Positions 47,077-56,778 of a DNA stretch of 56,778 bases are shown here, piece by piece. The position numbers were made by a program, and so were the translations under genes. Origin of the DNA: a virus (taxonomy: Duplodnaviria > Caudoviricetes); the IMG/VR virus record IMGVR_UViG_3300020027_000010, positions 1-56,778 of that record. The stretch is one strand, 5' to 3'. Each line of letters opens with the position of its first letter. Position 1 is the stretch's first letter. The notes below the pieces were generated by a model. That model was given only the letters and a program-made list of their open reading frames with translations. It did no database searches and was not told the origin of the DNA.

Positions 47077-47753
47077 AACAGTTTGAGTTTTTTATAGTGT
47101 TCCAGTCTTGCCTTACGTTTATCAGTGGCCGCCAGGTGAGGTACATGAAGGAACTCATGCCGGCAGGTGTAATCCCAATTAGTGAGGTGGGTGATGGGAT
47201 ATTTCCAGTTAGCATATGCATAGCTGATCTGGTCACGGTAGCAACCAATGAGCAATTCCTGGTACCACAATTCCGCAAACTGGATGGTTTCCTCAGTCTT
47301 CTCCCTCATCATGATCCCGGATGCCGCCATTCCATTGTGTGGAGGCAACCCCAGTGCGCGGTATAATTCCACCTGCTTTCGGATCACGCTCTCCTTATCC
47401 CTTTTATTGCGGATACAGGCCTCAGCTTCCTTGTACACGCAATCACGTTTGGGATGTTGCAGCAACGTCATCGGAGAGCGAAATCGCTTCATCCATTCGT
47501 CAAGGTCGCAGTTGATAATAAAACTTGCATCAACCCATATACTGCAATGATCTTCAATGAAAAGATGGAACATGATCTTGTAAAGCTTCGAGGTACGTCG
47601 CGGGCTGCCGACATGCGGAGACTTGACTATTTCCCATACTCTACTCATCAGGTCCTGATCGGTGAAGCAGACATACCTCCACCCTGGGGTGACCACCAAT
47701 GGTTCCTTCAAATCATCGTACGCTCCAAAAATTGCGGTGTAAATAGTGGGCAT
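47073..47753 (-). CDS. Glycosyltransferase-like protein (DUF616/TOD1-MUCI70 type)
   Basis: IYTAIFGAYDDL, YVCFTD, SIWVDAS, HPKRDCVYKEA, RDQISY. Confidence 0.85.
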   Translation of the reverse strand: MPTIYTAIFGAYDDLKEPLVVTPGWRYVCFTDQDLMSRVWEIVKSPHVGSPRRTSKLYKIMFHLFIEDHCSIWVDASFIINCDLDEWMKRFRSPMTLLQHPKRDCVYKEAEACIRNKRDKESVIRKQVELYRALGLPPHNGMAASGIMMREKTEETIQFAELWYQELLIGCYRDQISYAYANWKYPITHLTNWDYTCRHEFLHVPHLAATDKRKARLEHYKKLKLL

Positions 47754-48289
47754 TAGATCAAATGGCTTTTATCGTGATGGCCCTGCAAAAGCCGATAACC
47801 ATGCCACACCATCAAACCATCCATTCTGAGAATTTGATAGTTCGCAGCTTTCAGTCTTCGCCAGTAATCAGTATCAATGCCCAAACACTTACCGGTCTGG
47901 GCAAATGGAACATGGCGCCACACTTTCTTACTGATCAGCATCAGAAAGCCGCTCACATTGGAATGCACTTCCGTGGTCCGGTAAAGGAATTCCTTCATGC
48001 GTTCGGCTGTCAGCATATGGGAACGCATGTCTGAGTCCTCGCTGATTACCTTACCCACCAGCTGGGGACTGGACGGATGGATCCTGTTGGTGTAACAGGT
48101 TAGCATGCCGGCATGGGGAAAACGAATGGCATAGTCATGCAGGATCTTACCGGCATCAGGAGTCAGCAGCTGAACATCGTAATCCATCAGGCATGCCCAA
48201 TCGCCATCATCCACCATTCTCATGGTTTCATTGTACGCTCTACCCAGGTTCTTGTCCAGCGCATAAGGGATCATGATGTTAACCTTCAT
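47753..48289 (-). CDS. GT-A fold glycosyltransferase (GT2-like)
   Basis: LGRAYNE, WACLMDYD (DxD), SGFLMLISK, GIDTDY, VWHGY. Confidence 0.8.
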   Translation of the reverse strand: MKVNIMIPYALDKNLGRAYNETMRMVDDGDWACLMDYDVQLLTPDAGKILHDYAIRFPHAGMLTCYTNRIHPSSPQLVGKVISEDSDMRSHMLTAERMKEFLYRTTEVHSNVSGFLMLISKKVWRHVPFAQTGKCLGIDTDYWRRLKAANYQILRMDGLMVWHGYRLLQGHHDKSHLI

Positions 48290-48980
48290 ACATGGATTTA
48301 TCGGGGTAAAGCATTTGCAGAAGTATCCGGAAGTCTGGAGTAAAACCCTGATCGGCCACAGAGAAGTAAGGGCGATCCTTTAACATCGAAAACAGCTCAT
48401 CCACACTGTGCTGCTTATTGATTTTAAGATCTGGATAATACTCTCCCTCAATTCCATTCATGTTGCAGTACAGCGATTTGATACAGAAACCATTCTTCTG
48501 GTACCAGGGAGCAGTGCTCACAGACCGAAGGAACCAATCCTTTTTGTAGACGATCGGGCAATGTGTGTCGAAGTTGTTGCCTGTCCTGGTGATGCCCAGC
48601 GTATTGGCCAGCGTCTTGACATAGTTATCATTCACCTTCCTGTTCGAAAGGGATTCCTGCAGAGAGCATTTGTAGTGATAAGTATCTGGGGCGAACGGAT
48701 CCAGAAGGAAGTGATCATCATTAAAAAACAGGAACTCGTCACTTACCCGTTTGTCCCGGCAAGCCATATCGATCTTGCGGAAGATGTTGGCCTCCTTTTG
48801 TTCGCGGGAGTCATTGTCTGAAGCCGCAAGGTGAATGACATTCTTTAGAAAAGCAGGTTTTTGGCCTACGATAAACACATTTTCAACGTCATTCACGTAC
48901 TGCTCGATACTTCTTAAACAGTACCTGAGTTCCAAATCTTGGTGTAAACTGCCTTTTCCGAGTGGAATGACGACATCCAT
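48279..48980 (-). CDS. Stealth-family-like hexose-phosphotransferase
   Basis: MDVVIP, ELRYCLRSIE, VFIVG..P.FL and FLFFNDDHF, as in Stealth CR1/CR2. Confidence 0.75.
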   Translation of the reverse strand: MDVVIPLGKGSLHQDLELRYCLRSIEQYVNDVENVFIVGQKPAFLKNVIHLAASDNDSREQKEANIFRKIDMACRDKRVSDEFLFFNDDHFLLDPFAPDTYHYKCSLQESLSNRKVNDNYVKTLANTLGITRTGNNFDTHCPIVYKKDWFLRSVSTAPWYQKNGFCIKSLYCNMNGIEGEYYPDLKINKQHSVDELFSMLKDRPYFSVADQGFTPDFRILLQMLYPDKSMYEG

Positions 48981-48981
48981 G

Positions 48982-49034
48982 AATCAAAAATGCACTATTT
49001 GATACAAATTATCTCAAATAAATTACATTTGATT
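48982..49034. promoter_or_regulatory. Dyad-symmetric bidirectional promoter region
   Basis: AATCAAA-N7-TATTTGA-N11-TCAAATA-N7-TTTGATT, containing -7-like elements TACATTTG (+) and CATTTTTG (-). Confidence 0.6.
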
Positions 49035-49053
49035 GCGCACTTTACGCTTTACA

Positions 49054-49551
49054 ATGGCACGACTTAAAAGGAAAGACCCCCGCAATCGCAAGAAACAGCA
49101 GACAGAATTTCTGGAAAAGCTGGAGAAACTGGCAAATGTCACTCAGGCATGCAGATTTGCTAAAGTGTCGCGCCGGACTATCTACAATTGGCTCGACACA
49201 GACCCTGACTTCAAAGTGAAATATGATGAATCAGTAAAGATTGCTGTGGACCTGCTGGAGGACGAAGCTGTTCGCCGGGCATATGCGGGAACGAAGGAAC
49301 CTGTTTTCCAGGGTGGAAAGAAAGTTGGGACCATCACCAAATATTCCGACACGCTGCTGATCTTTTTACTCAAGAAAAGGAAGCCAGACATTTACAAAGA
49401 TGTGATCCACACAGAAGTGAGCGCTCCCGGTGGTGGTCCGGTTCAAACAGAATCAGTGAACACCGTGGTTCTCTCCAATGTGGATTACGGCAAACTTCCG
49501 ACGGCCATCCTGGATGAAATACTCAAAGCCCGCATCGAGGTGCAAGATTAA
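49054..49551 (+). CDS. terS: Terminase small subunit
   Basis: NVTQAC..AKVSRRTIYNW, LEDEAVRRA..G, YSDTLLIFLLK. Confidence 0.88.
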   Translation: MARLKRKDPRNRKKQQTEFLEKLEKLANVTQACRFAKVSRRTIYNWLDTDPDFKVKYDESVKIAVDLLEDEAVRRAYAGTKEPVFQGGKKVGTITKYSDTLLIFLLKKRKPDIYKDVIHTEVSAPGGGPVQTESVNTVVLSNVDYGKLPTAILDEILKARIEVQD

Positions 49552-51033
49552 ATGACTCAGCCACTCTACCTGGATGCCGAGAAGGCAGCTGCAGAGAGAT
49601 GCAAGCGGGAAGGTGGACTCGCATTTTTCGTAAAAGAGTTTTGGGATATCATAGTTCCTAACCCATTGGTGTGGAACTGGCACATGCAGGTTCTCTGCGA
49701 TGAGATCCAGGAGTGCGATGAGCGGGTCTTCAAGAGATTACCCAAATTCCACGACCTGGTGGTGAATGTGCCTCCTGGTACCTCGAAGACAAAAATCCTT
49801 TCCATCTTATCAACGGCATGGGAATTCGCCCGCATGCCTGGCATCAAGGTATTCGTAGGATCTTATTCCGACAGTGCTGTGTCAGGGATAGCTGACGAGA
49901 TCCGGATGGTAATGAAATCGCCTAAGTATCAACTGTGGTTTCCTCACACCCGGATCCGGAAGGACAAAGATTCGCTGCACAACTTCAGGACCACGGCCAA
50001 TGGAGAATTCTATGCATTCACCGTGGGAGGTACACTTACCTCCAAGCATGCTGATATCCTGAAGATCGATGATCCGCTCAACCCTAAGGAAGCAGCATCA
50101 GAAGCATTACTGGAGTCTACAAATCACTTCTTCAGTAAGACACTGCCCACACGTAAGGTCGATAAGAAGGTCACACCCATCTACCTGATCATGCAACGCC
50201 TGGCTGTCAATGATCCCAGTGGAGTGATGCTGGAAAAGAAAGGCAAGGGTGTCAGGCACATCTGTTTACCAGGTGAGCTTTCCAAACATGTGAGCCCTGC
50301 TGAATATGCTTTGAACTACACCAATGGTCTGCTGGATCATCTCAGGCTCGATACCAAGGACCTCGCAGAATTAAAAATAGATCTGGGCCCTGATGGCTAC
50401 GCCGGCCAGATCATGCAGACACCGGTTCCTGAAGGCGGTCTCATCTGGAAGGACACTTACTTCACCATCGTTCCAGATTATGACTTTCCGGATCCCAAGT
50501 GGGCAGGCGTCGAGGCCTATGGAACAGACTGGGATACTGCTTACACAAAGGACGAGGTGAATGCAGCCTCAGCATTCATCACCTCATTCAGGTACCGGCG
50601 TAAGATCTACCTGGACCAGTTTGATTTCCGTTGGCTGGAATTCCCTGAGATGATCAACTGGATGAAACTACAGGTTGCCCCGCATTACATTGAGAAAAAA
50701 GCATCAGGGAAATCAGCGAAGCAGACACTTACCCGCTATGGCGTGATAGCCATTGAGGTACCAGTGCCAGGTGGCGCTGATAAGATCGCCCGCGCAAAGA
50801 TGGCCACACCTGTCGGAGCTGCCGGCATGCTGTGCATCAGAAGATCTATCGCTGAACGGTTCATGAATGATTCCCGGCAAGGCGTTTTATTCTTTCCCAA
50901 AGGAATGTATGCCGACGTGGCCGACGTCTTGGCTCAGGTTGTTGCCAGGCATAAAGGCGGAGGTACCAGGGTTATGGGTTCCGAGTCTGAGCAGGAGGAT
51001 GCTTTTGATCCGCTGGAGGAGTTGGACTTTTGA
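49552..51033 (+). CDS. terL: Terminase large subunit
   Basis: NVPPGTSKT, IDDPLNP, IMQRL, WDTAY, IEKKASG, DVADV. Confidence 0.92.
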   Translation: MTQPLYLDAEKAAAERCKREGGLAFFVKEFWDIIVPNPLVWNWHMQVLCDEIQECDERVFKRLPKFHDLVVNVPPGTSKTKILSILSTAWEFARMPGIKVFVGSYSDSAVSGIADEIRMVMKSPKYQLWFPHTRIRKDKDSLHNFRTTANGEFYAFTVGGTLTSKHADILKIDDPLNPKEAASEALLESTNHFFSKTLPTRKVDKKVTPIYLIMQRLAVNDPSGVMLEKKGKGVRHICLPGELSKHVSPAEYALNYTNGLLDHLRLDTKDLAELKIDLGPDGYAGQIMQTPVPEGGLIWKDTYFTIVPDYDFPDPKWAGVEAYGTDWDTAYTKDEVNAASAFITSFRYRRKIYLDQFDFRWLEFPEMINWMKLQVAPHYIEKKASGKSAKQTLTRYGVIAIEVPVPGGADKIARAKMATPVGAAGMLCIRRSIAERFMNDSRQGVLFFPKGMYADVADVLAQVVARHKGGGTRVMGSESEQEDAFDPLEELDF

Positions 51034-51036
51034 AAT

Positions 51037-51738
51037 TTAATCGGGCAGCGGCCAAATTTCTATAGTAACTGAGCTGTCTGTTGTTTTTTCCTCCGCGACT
51101 TTGATGCCTTTTGGCTGCGCCCCCGGTCCCGAAAAAATTGTCATTGGATAAATCGCAATCCCACGAGCTGTCAAGAAATCGTTTATTTGCGTTACCACCG
51201 TAGAGTTAGCATTAGGCGAGCTTTTAACTCCGGCTTTATTGATTACGTATCCGTTAGTTTTTTCAAGTTGATCTAATAATTTCCCGAATTGAAAAATCTG
51301 ATCGGCGCTAAGTCGCCTATCATTGTACACAGGCCCAATCTGGTTATTGTTGCCGACGATAGGTGCATTATTCTGCACCCCCACTGGTGCCTTGTTGTAA
51401 ACCTTTGGCTTGCTAATTATCGTCGGTATTTTGGACACCGTAGTTTTCTCGGAACGAGTATTTGGATGAGTCTTTAAAAATTCTTTAATGATCGCTTCGC
51501 GCTCAGCCTCCGTCGGTGGAAGCTTAACAGGTTTTGGAATACTGTCATGGATAAATACAGTGTCACAACTGTAGAGCTCATATTCACCATACCTTACTCC
51601 ATCACCATTGCAACCTCTAATAACATTTATCAAGAAAAAGATTGCAATAAGGGTTAGAATGGTAAACCACAGATATGGGTATGTTTTTTTTATTTTCGGG
51701 TCACTCCCGACTTGATTCTCAAAAGAATGCTCTGCCAT
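51037..51738 (-). CDS. Membrane-anchored moron protein of unknown function
   Basis: Single N-terminal TM segment; opposite strand to its neighbours; visibly A/T-rich. Confidence 0.7.
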   Translation of the reverse strand: MAEHSFENQVGSDPKIKKTYPYLWFTILTLIAIFFLINVIRGCNGDGVRYGEYELYSCDTVFIHDSIPKPVKLPPTEAEREAIIKEFLKTHPNTRSEKTTVSKIPTIISKPKVYNKAPVGVQNNAPIVGNNNQIGPVYNDRRLSADQIFQFGKLLDQLEKTNGYVINKAGVKSSPNANSTVVTQINDFLTARGIAIYPMTIFSGPGAQPKGIKVAEEKTTDSSVTIEIWPLPD

Positions 51739-51770
51739 AAGAAAGGGTTTTGGGGTAGCCCAATATAACG

Positions 51771-51796
51771 AAAAACCCGCCCTGAAAAGAGCGGGT
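51771..51796 (-). terminator. Intrinsic terminator (minus strand)
   Basis: ACCCGCTCT-TTTC-AGGGCGGGT followed by a T-run. Confidence 0.65.
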
Positions 51797-51890
51797 GCAT
51801 TAAATCTGCTGTTTACCTGAGAGATTAAAAGGTATCAAATAAATACAGTAATTATCAAAAAGATTATATTGCGCGTAAATCCTCTCATTT

Positions 51891-52673
51891 ATGCGCTACA
51901 AACAGGTCACTGAAATCCTCCTTCAGGCGAAAGACGCTATATATAAACTTCTCGATCACCCCGACGATACGCATCACCGACTCAAAATCATCACCAACCT
52001 GCAAAGAGATGCCACCTACCTGTCTCTGATCACCGGCATCGGCGATGTCGAGCAGTCACCCCGGGAAGCACCTGGCCCGGCCACGACCATTGGAGGCGAA
52101 CCGATCACCAGGACCACCAAGGTCACTCCGGATGACCTGGAACCATCCAGAGAACGTGTGGAGGTGCTGCGCAGAAAGGTGGAAGAGGCCTACCGTGACT
52201 TCCCATACCTCGAGGATAAGCGCATCATGAAAGAATATGAGGACACCGTGATCCGCGGAGTGGCAAAGAAAGCGAAGATGAAGGTGACCAGGGAACAGCC
52301 AGAGATCATTACCATTTCATTCATTGGTGAAATCAAGAAAAACATCGAGCTGATGGAAAAGGATAATATCGAAAGACAACAGCAGCGGGTCAGGGATCTA
52401 CAGCATCCTGACGTACCAAATTTGAAAATCTCTCCAGGTGCTCTCATGGCACCGCCAGAACCGGGGGCAACCGAAATCGGTCCCGATGGCAGGACATACC
52501 GAGTTGGCGATGATGGGACCAGGACGCCGATCACCGAAGAAATTACCGGTGACGACTCAGGTGAAGCGTTACCCGCAGAAACGGAAATAAAGTCCAACCC
52601 GGACGCTCCTGCCAAAGCCGACAAGTCTCTCGAAATTAAAACACCGGGCTCCAGGAAAAGAGACCCCAAGTGA
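51891..52673 (+). CDS. Hypothetical protein
   Basis: 260 aa; first gene after the moron, preceded by TATATTGC. Confidence 0.65.
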   Translation: MRYKQVTEILLQAKDAIYKLLDHPDDTHHRLKIITNLQRDATYLSLITGIGDVEQSPREAPGPATTIGGEPITRTTKVTPDDLEPSRERVEVLRRKVEEAYRDFPYLEDKRIMKEYEDTVIRGVAKKAKMKVTREQPEIITISFIGEIKKNIELMEKDNIERQQQRVRDLQHPDVPNLKISPGALMAPPEPGATEIGPDGRTYRVGDDGTRTPITEEITGDDSGEALPAETEIKSNPDAPAKADKSLEIKTPGSRKRDPK

Positions 52674-53365
52674 TCTCTATCACCATTGAAGGGAAGGCCT
52701 ACCAGCTTCCCGCATCCATAATGGATATCACACTGCAGGACCGGATCGATTTCGATCAGAAGTATGGAATGAAACTCAGAGGCCAGCTTAAAAAGATCAT
52801 TGAAATGCGCGATGGTGTTGACCGTGAAATGGAATTCACCTCATACCACTTCGAACTGGCCACCAAAACACTTTCCTTTTTTGGAAAGGTTCCCCTGGAT
52901 GTGGTGGAGAATACCAACATCACCGATGTCCTGAGCATGTACCACACTTCTGTGCGCATGATCACTGATGAGATTGATTTCAGTGACAAGGAATTCAAGC
53001 TCCAGCTGGAATTCAAATGGGAGGGCGACACCTGGTGGATTGCGCCTCCTGTATTAAAACAGGACAGCGCTATGAGCTTCGGAGAATTCATCCAGGCAAA
53101 GCAGGTTGTGAAGAACATGTACAAACTGGGAGATCAGAAATACGCTTCCCTGCTGCCTCTGGCCTGCGTGTATTTCAGGAAGAAAGGGGAAGAGTTCAGT
53201 GATGAATTGCTTGTAGAAGATGGACCACGGCAGCAGCTGCTGAAAAGTCTGCCGCTCCAATATGCTTTGCATGTTGGTTTTTTTTTGAACAGTTGTCTTC
53301 ATTCCTGGCTATTAACATACCGCTCTTCCATCCCGGAGGTGACGGAAAAAGCGAGCCAGAATTAA
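52670..53365 (+). CDS. Tail assembly chaperone (gpG-like)
   Basis: LP...DITLQ, MSFGEFI, LACVYFR, then GFFL on a T9 slippery site. Confidence 0.65.
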   Translation: MISITIEGKAYQLPASIMDITLQDRIDFDQKYGMKLRGQLKKIIEMRDGVDREMEFTSYHFELATKTLSFFGKVPLDVVENTNITDVLSMYHTSVRMITDEIDFSDKEFKLQLEFKWEGDTWWIAPPVLKQDSAMSFGEFIQAKQVVKNMYKLGDQKYASLLPLACVYFRKKGEEFSDELLVEDGPRQQLLKSLPLQYALHVGFFLNSCLHSWLLTYRSSIPEVTEKASQN

Positions 53366-53565
53366 AGAGGCATTTCGATCAGTGGGAGTGGGTAAATGCC
53401 TTATACTTCATTGCTGAGAGCAAGGTATTCGACAGATCCAATGGAAAGACAAGTATCGATAATGCGAAGTGCGCAAAGTTGTTTGAGGTCCTGATATATG
53501 CGAGCGAAAAGAAATCCTTTGAAAGAGCGGAAGCATCCGTTTACAAACGAAAAACAAAAGCATGA
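53284..53565 (+). CDS. -1 frame extension of the tail chaperone (gpGT-like)
   Basis: Open -1 frame from the T9 run: FEQLSSF...PLF...FDQWEWVNALYFIA...LIYASEKK; contains no in-frame ATG. Confidence 0.6.
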   Translation, partial: FEQLSSFLAINIPLFHPGGDGKSEPELKRHFDQWEWVNALYFIAESKVFDRSNGKTSIDNAKCAKLFEVLIYASEKKSFERAEASVYKRKTKA

Positions 53566-54136
53566 CAGAATTATCGATATACGGCAAGAACGGCTTCTTT
53601 CACAACATCGTGAAGGCCTCCGCCATCATAAAGGGGAATTATGCCGTCCTCGAGAAGGGTGCTCATGATCTCAACATGAATAACCTGCTGAGCAACCTCG
53701 AACTTCCCAAGGAAAAATACCCAGGCGTGTTCTGTTTGCCACCGGTCAGCGAGGTGCCCGGATCCACCGCTCAATGGGAAACCTTCAACTTCAGAATACT
53801 GTTCCTATGCACCACATATTCTACAGGCGACAATAAAACAAAGCTTCCCGATCGCAACACCAACAGCTCCTTAGCCAAGATAGTTGGTGACTGGAATGCC
53901 ATGAAGAATGTCGGACTGGCATTCATGCATGCGGTGGAAAAAAGGAAGCTGGAGGGTTTCAGACTTGTGCAAGGCACGCCGTGGAGAATTCCCAGAATCA
54001 GCATTGCTCAGAATGATAACGTCTCAGGAGTCATGCTGATGTTCAGTGCCCAGTTGTTTTCTCCTTGCGATTATTCCGATATCGATCTACCTGCGATCGC
54101 TAATCCTTTCGTTAACGAACAACCGACTTATCACTG

Positions 54137-54137
<1 letters not shown>
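53562..54137 (+). CDS. Putative tail terminator/completion protein
   Basis: KYPGVF...NDNVSGV pattern; morphogenesis context. Confidence 0.5.
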
Positions 54138-55348
<1,211 letters not shown>

Positions 55349-55373
55349 AAACAACCTTAAAAACGCTTAACAA

Positions 55374-56480
55374 ATGGCACTCACTCAGTTTTTTAAACTC
55401 GACAACGGCAACGTGAAAATTGTCTCTCCTGGAGGTGGAACAAGATATGTTCCCGGGCAGGCATTCATCAGTCACAATGGTGCCGGTAGTGGCGTTAATG
55501 TAAAGTTCAGCCGGCCTGAATTTGATTTCAGTATCCCTGCCGGTGATTCTATTTCCGTTGACGGAGGCGAAAGCGTCTCAGAAACTGAAGAGATAGCGGA
55601 GGTACTCTCAACCGATCTTTTTTTTTTAGCTGAAGGGGGTGGCCCCGCAAGCGATCCAATCTACTTTTCCGAATCCTTTACAGGCGAAGGAACAGAGGGT
55701 GATCCGATTGACTTTGATTCAGCTACCCTTCAGGCAGCAGTTTCGGCAAACACAGATGTTGCTACATTAAAAACTATTGTCGGATCTGGAATCAGTGATG
55801 GCGATTCGGTGGTAGACACGCTGTCAGAGATGTTGTCGGTTTTTTCGACGTATTCTGAAGGAGTTGACATCGCCACTCAATTAGCAGGTAAAGCCGCTGC
55901 TTCTCATACTCATGCCACCTCAGACATTACCGGCTTCAATGCCGCTGCTTTGGCTGCTGCTCCTGCTGAGACAACGACTACAATTGGATCGGTAACCAAT
56001 GGAGCAGCGGCGAAGACTACTCCGGTTGACGCTGATTCAATGGGACTGATAGATTCTGCGGCTAGCAATATTTGGAAGAAAGTAACCTGGGCGAATGTTA
56101 AGGCGACGCTTAAAACGTATTTCGATTCGCTTACAACCACATTCACAAATAAGAGGATCACCCAAAGGATAGGGACTACGGCCTCTAGTGCTACTCCGAC
56201 TCCGGACGGTGATGCAAACGATCAGTATAATGTAACGGCACTCGCGGCAACGGCAACGTTCGGAGCGCCAACAGGAACGCCAACAGACGGGCAATCGCTG
56301 ATAATTCGAATCAAGGACAACGGAACGGCCAGGGCAATATCCTTCAACGCGATCTATCGGGCTTCAACGGATTTCGCTTTGCCGACAACAACAGTATTGA
56401 GTAAAACCATGTATCTGCAATTCGTTTACAACGCTGCTGATACAAAGTGGGATTGTGTGGGCTATACAAACGGATTCTGA
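55374..56480 (+). CDS. Tail fibre-like virion protein
   Basis: VDTLSE, KAAASHTHATSDITG and KKVTWANVKATLKTYFD fibre motifs; GTPTDGQSLIIRIKDNGTARAI C-domain. Confidence 0.75.
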   Translation: MALTQFFKLDNGNVKIVSPGGGTRYVPGQAFISHNGAGSGVNVKFSRPEFDFSIPAGDSISVDGGESVSETEEIAEVLSTDLFFLAEGGGPASDPIYFSESFTGEGTEGDPIDFDSATLQAAVSANTDVATLKTIVGSGISDGDSVVDTLSEMLSVFSTYSEGVDIATQLAGKAAASHTHATSDITGFNAAALAAAPAETTTTIGSVTNGAAAKTTPVDADSMGLIDSAASNIWKKVTWANVKATLKTYFDSLTTTFTNKRITQRIGTTASSATPTPDGDANDQYNVTALAATATFGAPTGTPTDGQSLIIRIKDNGTARAISFNAIYRASTDFALPTTTVLSKTMYLQFVYNAADTKWDCVGYTNGF

Positions 56481-56778
56481 TGGGAATAAGAATGTTAATG
56501 AACGGTTTTAAAAGGGCTGGGGTATCCCCGGTTCTTGCTGACGGTAACACTGTCGGGTGGTACAAAGCTGATGATCTGGCTACAATAACCAAAGACGGAT
56601 CTAACAAGGTATCTCAGTGGAATGACTTCTTAGGATCAGGTAGAAATCTAACCGCAGGCAATCCGGATTTCACTCCTACGTGGAGCGCAACAGGGATATC
56701 GTTTGACGGAGCGTACAATTATATGGCGGCGACATTCACCCTTGTTCAGCCAGAGTTTGTGTATATGGTGGCGAGCAT
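56480..56778 (+). CDS. N-terminal part of a LamG-like virion protein (runs off the window; absent from the ORF track)
   Basis: Manual translation: MGIRMLMNG...GWYKADDLATITKDGSNKVSQWNDFLGSGRNL...ISFDG...VYMVAS; no stop before the end. Confidence 0.75.
   Translation, partial: MGIRMLMNGFKRAGVSPVLADGNTVGWYKADDLATITKDGSNKVSQWNDFLGSGRNLTAGNPDFTPTWSATGISFDGAYNYMAATFTLVQPEFVYMVAS

Overview
The window is an essentially complete ~56.8 kb temperate tailed phage genome, probably a siphovirus, in its excised or circular form. A Bacteroidota host is indicated by TAnnTTTG/-33 TTTG promoters, A/T-rich initiation regions without Shine-Dalgarno sequences, and Bacteroidota-type gene families; a Chitinophagaceae-like host is only an inference. 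The two ends appear to fall inside one LamG-like gene. Modules in order: tail and head morphogenesis (tape measure, Clp-type protease, capsid, tail tube, portal, in an unusual order); two beta-helix tailspikes; a lysis cassette; SRAP, a tyrosine integrase and an attP matching a tRNA-Ser 3' end; an XRE/Cro switch; RecT-type recombination and replication genes; a reverse-strand glycosylation cassette; terminase; a tail chaperone with a -1 frameshift; and a collagen-like fibre. The best candidates for an undescribed system are: (1) a cytoplasmic Stealth/GT/GT/methyltransferase cassette that shares a symmetric bidirectional promoter with the terminase (possible virion glycosylation); (2) a lysis cassette containing an orphan response-regulator receiver domain and bracketed by two alpha/beta-hydrolases; (3) a host-type parS palindrome inside the repressor gene. 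All product calls come from motif recognition by eye; no database searches were run.
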